A stretch of 64,000 nucleotides of DNA from Mobula hypostoma. Lineage: Eukaryota. Made by a program: the position numbers and the translations under genes. Where the stretch lies: assembly GCF_963921235.1 (NCBI RefSeq), contig NC_086107.1:93436001-93500000 (forward strand), in the 5' to 3' direction. This document shows positions 35,611-48,264 of the stretch, piece by piece (position 1 is the first letter of the stretch; each line of letters opens with the position of its first letter). A model generated the notes under the pieces. That model was not told where the DNA came from and did no database searches. It saw only the letters and a list, made by a program, of their open reading frames with translations.

Positions 35611-36489
35611 AATATAGCTTTTCATAAAATTGTGTCATATATCTTTATTTTCCTGTAAATGCCTGCAAGAAAATTAATCTCAAGGGAGTATATGTGACAT
35701 ATACTTACTTTGATAATAAATTTCCGCCTCAGAAAGGTGGCGTTCATTATTAAGGACCATTCCCAGGACACGCCCTCTTCTCACGGTTACCATCAGGTAG
35801 GAGGTACAGAAGCCTGAAGGCACACACTCAGCGATTCAGGAACAGTTTCTTCCCCTCTGCCATCCGATTCCTAAATGGACATTGAACCCATGAACACTGC
35901 CTCATTTTTATTATTTCTGATTTTGCATTGGCATTATTTTTAATTTAACTATTTAATATACATATATATACTTACTGTAATTGCATTGTGCTGCTGCCAC
36001 TAAGTTAAGAAATTTCACAATATGTGCTGGTGATATTAAACCTGATTCTGATTCTGAATTTATTTTGAAACTTCTTCTGGACTCAATAAAACGGTGCTTC
36101 CATGCCACACCAATACATGGGAACCCTGTCTCACTACCAGATGGTTGGCCTAACCTTTTATACACAGGTCTCAGGAGTGTGGCCTGAACACACAGCACCT
36201 CCGTGGAGCTGAGGTGCAACTTACGAAGCAATGGCTCATACCCTGTCACACATGCGTGGTATAGATACAGAAGCAGATAAAGACTTGCTAAACCAATCAT
36301 GCCATTTAAAATTAGCACACTCAAGGCCCAGGAACCTAACAGACAACAAATCTCTATATACAACAGAATGGATTGCCAAGGGCTAATCAGTGACTTGATC
36401 AAGATGTTTAAGGAAGGTATCTTGCGAATTTTTTAACATAGCTATCTTATTTTTTTTTCAAACTCTGTTTGCAGAGCCAAATGTTATGA

Positions 36490-37090
36490 AAGAAATAACA
36501 ATGTAATGCTGAGGCTTTATAAGGCATCGGTCAAACTGCACCTGGTGCATTGTGGGTAGTTTGGAGCCATTTACCTCAGGAAAGATGTGCTGACATTGGA
36601 GAAGGTCCAATTCATGAAAATGATCCTGGGAATGAAAGGGTTAGCATATGAGGAGCATTTGATGGCTCTGGGACAATACTCACTGGAGAGTAGAAAAAAA
36701 ATCTCATTTAAAGAATGAGGGGGATCTTATTGAATCCTACCAAATAAGGGAAGATAGGGTGGACATGGAGACAATGTTTCCTATAGTGGAGGAGTCTAGG
36801 ACCAGAGGGAACAGCCTCAGAATAGAAGAACGTCATTTTAGAACGGAGATGAGGAGGAATTTCTTTAACCAGAGAGTTGTAGATCTGTGAAATTCATTGC
36901 TACAGGCAGCTGAGGCCAAATCATTGGGCATCATTAAAGTGGAAGTTGATTAGTAAAGGCATCAAAGGTTATGGGGAAAAGGCCAGGAAATGGGCTTGAG
37001 AGGGGAAATAAATCTACCATTGTGGAGCAGATTCATTGGGCTAAATGGCCTAATTCTGTTTATGTGTCTTAAGTTTGTATGGTCTTATCT
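36490..37090 (+). mobile_element. CR1 LINE 3' portion
   Basis: Decayed MLRLYKA.V..HL, ESRTRG.SLRI and FFNQRVV.LW codons. Confidence 0.8.
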
Positions 37091-37779
37091 CAGATTTTCA
37101 ATACAGTTGCACTGCTTTGTCCTTTCTATATTGGTACCTGTCGTTTCACTGCTTAATAGTACATTCTGTAACTGCTTCTTGTTACGCTTCTGTATAGCTA
37201 ACCAGCAGTAGTCTGTTCCCCGTGATCTGCTTTTTAATGATTATATTTGAATTTGTCACGTCCCTGTGATACACGTGTCAGATTAAAAATTATTATCCTT
37301 AAAATAGGTGCCGTTTTTCCCTTTTTTACACAGTCCTGTGGTGTGAGGGAATGAAAAGCTCTTTAAGAGTTAAGAGCGGAGAGCAGTCTGCCTCTGTATT
37401 TGCGTATACAAGACTCCAAGTGGATTTTACAGTGTGCTAGCAATCTGAGGACTGGCCTACCCTTTTCCACTGACCTCTGCCGGATCACCTCGTTAGGTGA
37501 CTTGTCTGAGAAGTTCTGCAACTCGGGAAGTGACAACAGACTCCCCTCTGGAGAATAGGAAGCAGGCAAGAACGCGGATTTGAGTTTAAAACATAGAACA
37601 AGCGTAAGGGGTGCATGCGAGCTCGATTTCAACATTTAAGAGAAGTTTGGATAGGTACATGGATAGTAGGGGTATGGAGGGCTATGGGGCTCGGTGCAGG
37701 TCAATGGGATTTGATAAATGTTTTGGCATGGACTAGATGAGCAGAAGGGCCAGTTTCTTTTCTGTACTTTTCTATATAA

Positions 37780-39370
37780 CAAAACAGTATGAGTAGGCCC
37801 TTCAATGTTGTCCCAAATTAACTAAATCAGTAACCAAATTCCCAACTCATCTAATCCCCTCTGTCTGCACAATGTCCATGTCTTTCTATTTCCTGCATAT
37901 TCATGTGCATGTCTAAGAGCCTCTTGGACATCTTTATCGTCTCTGCCTCCAGCACCACCCCAGGCAGTGCATTCTAGGCACCCACCACTTCCTGAGTAAA
38001 AAACTTGCCCCTCACATCCCCTTTGAACTTAGCCCTTCTCACCTTGAAGGCATGCCATCTGGCATTGGACATCTCAAAGATACTGTCTGTCTACACCAAC
38101 AATGCCTCTCAACCTTATAAACCTCTGTCTATGCCTCTCATAATCTTATAAACCTCTATCAGATCTCCCCTCAGCCTCCACTGCTCCAGGGGAAACAACC
38201 CAAGTTTTACAGCACATGCCCTCTAATCCTAGTCAGCGTCTTCTGGACCTTCTCCAAAGCTGTCACATCCTTCCTATAATAAGGTGAGTGCAATTGTCCA
38301 GATGTTACTTCCAGAATCTTGAACTCTGTCCCTTGACTAAGAAGTCAAGTACACCATATGCCTTCTTTACTACCCTATCAATCTGTGTGGCCACTTTCAG
38401 GGAGCTATGGACTTGGACTCTGGTCATTTATGTACAGTATATGGCAAAGAGCAGAGGTCCCTCTATGAGTCCCTACAGAACACCACTAGTCACGGACTTC
38501 CAGTAAAGAATTAAAAAAATAAGTTATCTTAAACACTCTAACAAAGTGGGGGGTCATCACTTCCCTGGCTATAGGTCAACTCATTATAGGATCTAATGGC
38601 CGAGAGTAGGAATGACCTCATGTAATGCTCTTTAGAGCAGCGTAGTTGTCTGAGTCTATTACTAAAAGTGCTCCTCTGTTCAGCCAAGGTGGCATACAAA
38701 GGGTGAGAAATGAGTTTCCCATGACGGACCTTGTCAAATGCCTTACTGATTTCCATGTAGACAACATCCACAGCTCTACCTTCATCAGTCACCTTCACCA
38801 CTTACTCAAAAAACTCAATCAACTTAAGGCAAGTCTTACCCCACACAAAGCCATGCAAATCCCACTCCTAAGAATCCTCTCCCATAATTTCCCTAACAAC
38901 ATCATGAGACTCCCTGGTCTATAGTTTCCAGGATTATGCCCATTTTCCTTGTTGAATAATGGAGCATTATCTTCTCACCAGTCTTCTGGGACCTCACTTG
39001 TGACTAGAGAGGACGTGAAGATCATGACCAAAGCCCCAGCAATGTCATCTCTTGCCTCTCTTAATAGCCTGGGGCACATCCCATCAAGTCCTGGGGACCT
39101 ATTCAACTTAATGTTCTTTAAGATACCTCCTCTATGCACTAGAAAATTAGCACTGATCTCCCTATCCTCCACATCTTTCCTCTTGGTAATTACTGATATG
39201 AAGCACATATTAAGGACCTCACCCACATCCACCACCTCCAAGCCCATTTTCCCTCCTTTATCCTTGAGCAGTCCTCCGCACTCCCTAATTATCCACGTTG
39301 GTGAAGTCCTAATGCTCTTGATGTATGTATAGAATGCCTTGGGATTCTCTTTAATCCTACTTGCCAAGAA
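37780..39370 (-). mobile_element. Internally deleted CR1 ORF2 fragments with a Rex1 3' insert (about 38520-38712)
   Basis: Minus ORFs LASRIKENPKAFYTYIK..SPGLDGMCPRLLREARDDIAGAL..VPEDW and DEGRAVDVVYMEISKAFDKV; the insert encodes SHPLYATL..RLRQLRCSKEHYMRSF. Confidence 0.85.
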
Positions 39371-39744
39371 CTGGACATGCCCAGGATGGTGAGGGTCCTT
39401 AGTGATGGACACTGTCTTCTGGAGACATTATTTAGAACATGGAGCATACAGGCCTTTGGTCCACAAAGTCGTGCCAACATTTAGCCTTCTCTAAGATCGA
39501 TTGAATGCTTCCCTCCTATATTACCTTCCATTTCTCTATCATCCAGGTGCCTATCCAAGAGTGTCTTAAATGCCTCTATCACCAGCTCTGGCAGGGTGTT
39601 CCACACACCAACCACTTTCTATATAAATAACTTAACTGTGACATCTGCCCTATACTCCATTCACCTTAAAATTATATCCCTTGTACTTGCCATTGCTGCT
39701 TTGGCAAAAGGACTCTGGCTATACACTTTGTCTAGAAGACATCA

Positions 39745-40350
39745 GAATTAGGTTTAATATCACCGGCATATGTCATGAAATTTGTTAACTTTACAGCAGG
39801 AGTACAATGAAATACATGATAAATAAATATAGAAAAAAAAAGAATTACAGTAAGTATATACGTACGTTAAAATAAATAGGACCAAAAAAACAGAAGTAAA
39901 AAAGTAGTGAGGTAGTGTTTATAGGTTCAATCTCCATTTAGAAATGAGATGGCAGAGGGGAAGAAGCTGTTCCTGAATCGTTAAGTGTGTGCTTCAAGCT
40001 TCTGTACCTCATTCCCGACAGTAACGGTGTGAAGGTAGCACATCCTGGGTGGTGGGGGTCCTTAATGATGGACCTGCCTTCCTAAGGCACCATTCCTTGA
40101 AGATGTCTTGGATACTACAGAGGCTAGTACCCATGATTTTACAAGTTTCTGCAACTTACTTCGACCCTGTGTAGTCGCACCCCCCCACCACCCCACACCT
40201 CCATACCAGATGGTGATGCAGCCAGTCAGAATGCTCTCCACCATACATTTGTAGACGTTTTTGAGTGTTCTTGCTGACAAGCCAAATCTCCTCAAACTCC
40301 TAATGAAATATAGCCACTGTCTCAGCTTCATTATAGCTGCATCGATATGC
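39745..40350 (-). mobile_element. Rex1/Babar LINE 3' end
   Basis: LYFIRSLRRFGLSARTLKNVYKCMVESILTGCITIWYG. Confidence 0.8.
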
Positions 40351-40370
40351 TGCGTATATTGGAGGGGAGG

Positions 40371-40684
40371 TGGGCACGTGGCCAAGTGGTTAACGCATTC
40401 GACCAGCGATCTAAAGGTTGTGAGTTCGAGCCCCAGCCGAGGCAGCGTGTTGTGTCCTTGAACAAGGCACTTAATCACACGTTGCTCTGTGGCGACACCG
40501 GTGCCAAGCTGTATGGGTCCTAATGCCCTTCCCTTGGACTGCATTGGTGTCGTGGAGAGGGGAGACTTGCAGCATGGGCAACTGCCGGTCTTCCATACAA
40601 ACTTGCCCAGACCTGTGCCCTGAAGAGTGAAGACTTTCCAGGCGCAGATCCATGGTCTCGCCATACTAACGGATGCCTTTACTT
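40371..40684 (+). mobile_element. Young tRNA-derived SINE with a 14-bp TSD
   Basis: tattggaggggagg at 40357-40370 and 40685-40698; A box tggccaagtgg, B box gttcgagcc, cctttacttt tail. Confidence 0.9.
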
Positions 40685-41414
40685 TATTGGAGGGGAGGAT
40701 GAGTGATGAGGTGATGCACTGTACGCCCACTTCACCCCAGCCCTGCTTTCAACTCCCTATACCCCCAAAACACCAGGCTAACACATTGCAGGCTCTTAAT
40801 TTGCATGTTTGCGTGAACTGTTATAGTTCACCTTGTGATCAGATCAGAGAGTTGTCAATCACACCAGCCCGTGAAACAACAATTGCCAATTATCAGTAAC
40901 AACTCCTCTGTGTGCAGAACTAACGAAACACTAAGAAACTGGCAAAGAATAGTTGTTACAGATTCCTAGTTCTGTACACTTTGATATAGAACACCGGCAC
41001 ACATTTGCAGCTGCTTTGAAGATACCTTCTGTTAACGCTTTCCCTGTCAATTTCTGTCAGGTAGGGTCTCCCGCTCATGAGACATGTGTCCACAGTCTTA
41101 GCTAACAGTGTAGTATCGAGTGCTATGTGGTCAAAAGTGTCAAACTTCAGGTGAGATTATCAATCAGTGCTCCATCTGCCTCCTCAGATGTACAGAAAAT
41201 ATTTTGTGGATTTATATCAGTGATAAAATATCAGATTCAAATTCTGCTATTTCAAAGAACATTTTGGTGTCAAAATCACTATGGAAAGATCACCTACTCA
41301 TTTACGCACTGCTGTTTGTGGGAGCTAGTTCTACATAGCAACAATCTGTGGAGGAAAGATATAAAGATTCAAAGATTGGCTTTTATTTGTCACATACAGC
41401 GAAATGTGTCAGAG

Positions 41415-41882
41415 GAGATCGCCAAGGATGTTACCTGGATTGGGGAGCATCCCTTATGAGAGTACATTGAGTAAACTTGGCCTTTTCTCCTTGGAGCGAT
41501 GGAGGATGAGAGGTGACCTGATAGAGGTGTAGAAGATGATGAGGGGCATTGATCGTGTGGATAGCCAGAGGCTTTTTCCCAGGGCTGAAATGGTTAACAT
41601 GAGGGAGCAGAATTTTAAGGTGCTTGGAAGTAGGTAAAGGGGGGATGTCAGAGGTGAGTTTTTCCACACGGAGAGTGGTGGGTGCGTGGAATGCACTGTT
41701 GGTGACAGTAGTGGAGGGGGATACAATAGGGTCTTTTAAGAGACACTTAGGTACATGGAGCTTAGAAAAATAGAGGGCTATGTGGTAGGGAATTTCTAGG
41801 CAGTTTCTAGAGTAGGTACATGGTCAGTGCAACATTGTGGGCTGAAGGGCCTGTAATTTGATGTAGATTTCTATGTTCTATT
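41415..41882 (+). mobile_element. CR1 LINE 3' end
   Basis: MLPGL..LGLFSLERWRMRGDLIEV codons and a ttctatgttctat tail. Confidence 0.85.
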
Positions 41883-42565
41883 TGTATCAAATCAAATCAG
41901 TGAGGATTGTACTGGACTGTCTGCAAGGGTTGCTACACTTCCGGTGTTAACATAGCATGCCCTCAACTCGCTAATCCGAACCCAAACATCTTTGGGATAT
42001 GCGAGGAATTTTGAGCATCTGGAAGAAAACTTTGTGGTTATGGGGAGAATGTACAAATTCTTTACAGATAGCGGTTAGAATTGAACCCTGATGTTACAGA
42101 TGGAGATGTGATAGTGTTATGCTAACTGCTACGCTATTGTGCTGCCCCTCAGTGAATCCCCTCCCCATGGGGGAGAGAGGAATTGTCAATGTTTCTGGAC
42201 TGATGCAGTAAGATGTTGCAAAACATCAACAACTCCTCTACCCTCCGCAGATGCTGCCCGACCCACTGGGTTCATCCAGCAGATTGTGTGTTGCTCCACA
42301 TTGCAGCACCTGCAGTGTGTTTTTCTGTTGGTTACCAGCTTTCCAACACTATAAAGGTACTTCATAAAATGCAAAGCACTTTTGCGTTATCAGAGGCTAC
42401 AGGCACTACAGAAAAAGCAATTTTTCTTCTTGTTGACCCTGACTAACTAGTTACTCTCTGCTGATGACGACACGTCCCTAATTGCTTCAGACGCAAATGT
42501 AAAGAAAGGTGGAACTTCATTCTGACACGATCAGATTTGTTCATTGGCATTTAGCTCCCAAGATA

Positions 42566-43052
42566 TGAGGGGGAGAGAGAAAGGCAGAGAGAGGAGAAGA
42601 GAGAGAGAGAGAGAGGGAGAGAGAGAGATGGAGATAGAGATGGAGATGGAGATGTACGCAAACCCAGACCCAGGTATTGAGATGTACGGGGCGGTGGGTA
42701 TGTTGTCAATTCCAGGAGTGTATAGGTTTTTGGGAATTGGATTTGTAGGAGTCCAATTTTTTCTTGGAGGAAAGGGGATGGGTACCACAGGAAGGTCTGG
42801 AGAGAGAGAGCAAGACAGAGGGGGAAGTGAGAGGGAAAAAGGGTAAGGGGAGACAAGGAGGAGAGGGGAGAAAGGATGCCAGGGGGAGTATGAGGGGGAA
42901 GGAGAAGGAGGGCAGAGAGGAAAACGAGAAGGAGGAGAGAGAGAGAGAGAGAGACAGGGACAGAGACAGTGGAAAAAGGAGTGGGAGAGGAGTTAAGGAG
43001 AGGGAGAGTAAGAGGAAGAGATAGAGATAGACAGAAAGATAGAGACAGAGAG
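42566..43052. repeat. Purine-rich (GA)n/(GAGATG)n low-complexity tract
   Basis: Read directly; strong purine bias on the plus strand. Confidence 0.9.
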
Positions 43053-43104
43053 TCATGGAGTTATACAGAACATGGAAATGGACCATTCGCCCCAACTCAT
43101 CCAT

Positions 43105-43857
43105 GAAGCAGAATCGGGTTTAATATCACTGGCATGTACCGTGAAATTTGTTGTTAAGCAACAGCAGTACATTGCAATATATAATAAGAAAACAATAAAT
43201 TAAAATAAGAAATATATGTTAAAAATTAAATAGGTAATGCAAAAATAGAGCAAAAAAAATAGAGGGGTAGTGTAAATGGGTTCATGGTCCGTTCAGAAAT
43301 CTGATGGCAGAGGGGAAAGAAGCTGTTCCTATAATGCTGAGTGTGTGTTGTCAGACTCTTGACCCTCCTCCCTGATGGTCACGATGAGAAGAGGGCATGT
43401 CCTAGGTGATGGGGGTCCTTAATGACTGATGCTGCCTTTTTGAGGCATCGCCTTTTGAAGATGTCCTCAATCCTGGGGAGGCTAGTACCCATGATGGAGC
43501 TGGCTGAGTTTATGACTTTCCGTGTTCTTTTTTCCAGTTCAGTGCAGTGGCCCCTCCATACCAGACAGTGATGCAACCAGTCAGAATGCTCTCCACAGTA
43601 CATCTGTAGAAATTTACAAAAGTCTCTGGTGACACACCAAATCTCCTCAAACTCCTGATGAACTATAGCTGCTGTCTTTGTAATTCAATCAATACGTTGG
43701 GCAGAGGATAAATCTTCAGAGATGTTGACACCCAAGAACTTGAATCTGTTCACTCTTTCCACTGCTGATCCCTCAATGAGGACTGGTGTGTGAACCCTCA
43801 ACTTCTCCTTCCTGGGGTCCATAATCAATTCCTTGGTCTTACTAAGTTGAGTGCAAG
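43105..43857 (-). mobile_element. Rex1/Babar LINE 3' end
   Basis: VINSASSIMGTSLPRIEDIFKRRCLKKAASVIKDPHHLGHALFS. Confidence 0.8.
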
Positions 43858-46800
43858 GAGCAATGCTACCCCACCTCCTTTTCTTTCATGCCTATCCCTC
43901 CTGAATATTGAATCCCTGAATGTTGAGCTCCCATCTCTGGTCACCCTGGAGTCATGTCTCTGTGATGCCAACTATATCATATTCATTAATAACAATCTGC
44001 ACTTTTAATTCATCCACCTTGTTACGAATGCTCCTTGCATTGACACACAAAGCCTTCAGGCTCGCTTTTACAACACTCTTAGCCCTTATACAATTATGTT
44101 GAAAAATGGCCCTTTTTGATTTTTGCCCTGGATTTGCCGGCCTGCCACTTTTACTTTTCACCTTACTACTTTTTGCTTCTATCCTCATTTTACACCCCTC
44201 TGTCTCTCTGCACTGGTTCCCATCCCCCTGTTGTGAACTAACCTCCTCTCTCCTAGTCTCTTTAATTTGATTCCCACCCCCCAACCATTCTAGTTTAAAG
44301 TCACCTCAGTAGCCCTCGCTAATCTCCCTGCCGGGATATTGTGGAATCAATATGGGTAGACCTGCATAACACTAAGGGGCAGAAAATGCTGGTGGGAGTT
44401 GTGTACAGGCCACCTAACAGTAGTAGTGAGGTCGGAGATGGTATTAAACAGGAAATTAGAAATATGTGCAATAAAGGAACAGCAGTTATAATGGGTGACT
44501 TCAATCTACATATAGATTGGGTGAACCAAGTTGGTAAGGGTGCTGAGGAAGAGGATTTCTTGGAATGTATGCGGGATGGTTTTTTGAACCAACATGTCGA
44601 GGAACCAACTAGAGAGCAGGCTATCTAGACTGGGTATTGAGCAATGAGGAAGGGTTAATTAGCAATCTTGTCGTGAGAGGCCCCTTGGGTAAGAGTGACC
44701 ATAATATGGTGGAATTCTTTATTAAGATGGAGAGTGATATAGTTAATTCAGAAACAAAGGTCCTGAACGTAATGAAGGGTAACTTTGAAGGTATGAGATG
44801 TGAATTAGCTAAGATAGACTGGCAAATGACACTTAAAGGATTGACGGTGAATATGCAATGGCAAGCATTTAAAGATCGCATGGATGAACTACAACAATTG
44901 TTCATCCCAGTTTGGCAAAAGAATAAATCAAGGAAGGTAGTGCACCCGTGGCTGACAAGGGAAATGAGGGATAGTATCAATTCCAAAGAAGAAGCATACA
45001 AATTAGCCAGAAAAAGTGGATCACCTGAGACTGGGAGAAATTCAGAGTCCAGCAGAGGAGGACAAAGGGCTCAATTAGGAAGGGGAAAAAAGATAATGAG
45101 AGAAAACTGGCAGGGAACATAAAAACTGACTGTAAAAGCTTTTATAGATATGTGAAAAGAAAAAGATTGGTTAAGACAAATGTAGGTCCCCTACAGACAG
45201 AAACAGGTGAATTGGTTATGCGGAGCAAGGACATGGCAGACCAATTGAATAACTACTTTGGTTCTGTCTTCACTAAGGAGGACATAAATAATCTTCCGGA
45301 AATAGTAGGGGACAGAGGGTCCAGTGAGATGGAGGAACATGTTAGTAAGGAAGTGGTGTTAGGTAAATTGAAGGGATTAAAGGCAGATAAATCCCCAGGG
45401 CCAGATGGTCTGCATCCCAGAGTGCTTAAGGAAGTAGCCCAAGAAATAGTGGATGCATTAGTGATAATTTTTCAAAACTCTTTAGATTCTGGACTAGTTC
45501 CTGAGGATTGGAGGGTGGCTAATGTAACCCCACTTTTTAAAAAAGGAGGGAGAGAGAAACCAGGGAATTATAGACCGGTTAGCCTAACATCAGTGGTGGG
45601 GAAACCGCTAGAGTCAGTTATCAAAGATGTGATAACAGCACATTTGGAAAGCGGTGAAATCATCGGACAAAGTCAGCATGGATTTGTGAAAGGAAAATCA
45701 TGTCTGACGAATCTCATAGAATTTTTTGAGGATGTAACTAGTAGAGTGGATAGGGGAGAACCAGTGGATGTGGTATATTTGGATTTTCAAAAGGCTTTTG
45801 ACATGGTCCCACATAGGAGATTAGTGCGCAAACTTAAAGCACACGGTATTGGGGGTAAGGTATTGATGTGGATAGAGAATTGGTTGGCAGACAGGAAACA
45901 AAGAGTGGGAATAAACGGGACCTTTTCAGAATGGCAGGCAATGACTAGTGGGGTACCGCAAGGCTCAGTGCTGGGATCCCAGTTGATTACAATATATATT
46001 AATGACTTAGATGAGAGAATTAAATGCAGCATTTCCAAGTTTGTGGATGACACAAATCTGGGCGGCAGTATTAGCTGTGAGGAGGATGCTAAGAGGATGC
46101 AGGGTGACTTGGATAGGTTAGGTGAGTGGGCAAATTCATGGCAGATGCAGTTTAATGTGGATAAATGTGAAGTTATCCACTTTGGTGGCAAAAACAGGAA
46201 AACAGATTATTATCTGAATGGTGGCCGATTAGGAAAAGGGGAGGTGCAACGAGACCTGAGTGTCATTATACAGCAGTCATTGAAAGTGGGCATGCAGGTA
46301 CAGCAGGCGGTGAAAAAGGCGAATGGTATGCTGGCATTGATAGCAAGAGGATTCGAGTACAGGAGCAGGGAGGTACTACTGCAGTTGTACAAGGCCTTGG
46401 TGAGACCACACCTGGAGTATTGTGTGCAGTTTTGGTCCCCTAATCTGAGGAAAGACATCCTTGCCATAGAGGGGGTACAAAGAAGGTTCACCAGATTGAT
46501 TCCTGGGATGGCAGGACTTTCATATGATGAAAGACTGGATCGACTAGGCTTATACTCATTGGAATTTAGAAGATTGAGGGGGGATCTTATTGAAACATAC
46601 AAAATCCTAAAGGGATTGGACAGGCTAGATGCAGGAAGATTGTTCCCGATGTTGGGGAAGTCCAGAACGAGGGGTCACAGTTTGAGGATAAAGGGGAAGC
46701 CTTTTAGGACCGAGATTAGGAAAAACTTCTTCACACAGAGAGTGGTGAATCTGTGGAATTCTCTGCCACGGGAAACAGTTGAGGCCAGTTCATTGGCTAT

Positions 46801-46980
46801 ATTTAAGAGGGAGTTAGATATGGCCTTTCTGGCTAAAGGGATCAGGGGGTATGGAGGGAAGGTTGGGGCGGGGTTCTGAGTTGGATGATCAGCCATGATC
46901 ATACTGAATGGCGGTGCAGGCTCGAAGGGCTGAATGGCCTACTCCTGCACCTATTTTCTATGTTTCTATGTTTCTATGTT
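43858..46980 (+). mobile_element. CR1 LINE with an inverted 5' segment (43858-44340)
   Basis: The minus segment encodes the ORF1 end and the endonuclease start (CVNARSIRNK..IVGITET..GGGVALL). The plus segment continues ESIWV..VYRPP..MGDFN..SDH, then RT and a (tttctatg)n tail. Confidence 0.93.
44341..46879 (+). pseudogene. CR1 ORF2 (APE endonuclease remainder plus RT), frameshifted
   Basis: Three consecutive ORFs (44341-44628, 44637-45122, 45152-46879). Motifs: KSPGPDG, NYRPVSLTS, QHGF, LDFQKAFD, GVPQGSVLG, FVDDT. Confidence 0.93.
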
Positions 46981-47290
46981 CAGAGACTTCTTCCAGCTGG
47001 GCTGTTTGATAGCCCCCGCAATGACAGGGAAGGCACCCGAATGCGCTGCTTTGAGCTTGTTCAGCTCCTCCAGTGCACGCCTGACAATAGGCCTGAGGAG
47101 GAATGTATACCCTTACCAGGATGACTACCCTCGGCAGATAAAATAGATGACACGACCACTAGACGTTCCAGGTCAGGTGACCAGGACTGAGAGAGAACTG
47201 TCATTTCTGTGCACCACGATGAGTTAATCATGAGGCACACTCCCCCTCCTCTACCACCAGGATGCTCACCTAACCAAGTGCTTTTTGCCT
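46981..47290 (-). mobile_element. Rex1/Babar endonuclease-domain fragment
   Basis: RGGGVCLMINSSWCTEMTVLSQSWSPDLERL, and VYIPPQA-like codons nearby. Confidence 0.7.
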
Positions 47291-47315
47291 TCGTTTGACC
47301 CATATCCCTCTAAAC

Positions 47316-47395
47316 CAGGGGTTTTGCACCTTTTTTATGCCATGGACCGATACCATTAAGCAAGGGGTCAGTGGACCCCAGCTTGGGAATCCCTG
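47316..47395. mobile_element. 80-bp hAT-Charlie MITE
   Basis: caggggttttgcacc ... gcttgggaatccctg; TSD ctctaaac/ccctaaac. Confidence 0.8.
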
Positions 47396-47619
47396 CCCTA
47401 AACCTTTCCTATCCATGTACCTGTCCAAGTGCCTTTTAAATGATGTTATTGTACCTACTCGAACTATTTCCTGGAGTTCATTTCCCCCATCTGAAGAAGT
47501 TGTCCCTCGGGTCCCTCTTAAATCTATCCTCTTTCTGCTTAAACTTATATCCTCTAGTTATTGATTCCCCAACCCCGGGAAAAGTACTGCATTCACCCTA
47601 TCCAAGCCTCTCATGATCT

Positions 47620-47816
47620 CAGTAGGCCAGGAAGTATCTATTGAAAGAAAGTGCAGTCGATTTCGGGCCAAGACCCTTCGGCAGTCCTGTTGAAGGGTCT
47701 CAGGCCAAAACAGCAACTGTCCTTTTATCTACAGATGCTGCCTGGCCTGCTAAGTTCCTCCAGCACTTTGTGTGTGTAGCTTTGGATTTCCAGCATCTGC
47801 AAATTTGCTCTTGTTT
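47620..47816. mobile_element. Fold-back mini Penelope with a 12-bp TSD, inside a CR1 fragment
   Basis: ctctcatgatct at 47608-47619 and 47817-47828; two inverted pLTR ends. Confidence 0.8.
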
Positions 47817-48264
47817 CTCTCATGATCTTATACACTTCTATTAAGCATGTTAACATGATTCCATGTGAATAAATATGTGTATAGCTCCTCGTTCACACAA
47901 AGTTCAAAGTTCAAAGTAAATTTATTATCAAAGTACACCATACACTGCCCTGAGATTCATTTTCTTGCGGGCATTTGCAGTAAGTGAAGAGAAACACAAT
48001 AGAATCAATGAAAAACCACACAAAATAAGACTGACAAACGACCAGTGTGCAAAAGATAACAAACTGTGCAAATACCAAAAAAACACAAAACTCCTTGAAA
48101 TTGAGCCCCTGGGTTGTGGGAACAGGTCAGTGTGGAGTGAGTGACGTTGAGTGAAGTTGTCCCCCCGGTTCAAAAGTCAGATTGATTGATTTGTTCAAGG
48201 CAATGACGAAAGGAGTTCATACCAAACTGAAAAGAACTGTGGTCAGGTTCTTGAACAGCATGAA

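Noticed and set aside
39908..39928. TGAGGTAGT let-7-like start
   Set aside because: It is part of a Rex1 3' UTR that recurs near 9884, diverges from let-7 after 9 nt, and has no precursor hairpin.
40371..40445. tRNA gene candidates here and at about 27552-27625
   Set aside because: A and B boxes continue into SINE bodies (the 40371 copy has a tail and TSD), and there is no clean acceptor stem.
40062..40730. 222-aa minus-strand ORF
   Set aside because: Chance read-through across an antisense SINE into a Rex1 fragment.
42531..43104. Several overlapping ER/LS-rich ORFs
   Set aside because: Products of (GA)n low-complexity sequence.
45152..46879. Intact or domesticated RT gene
   Set aside because: The upstream endonuclease is frameshifted and inverted, FADD has become FVDD, the start is GTG, and it ends in a CR1 tail. 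It is a recent dead copy.
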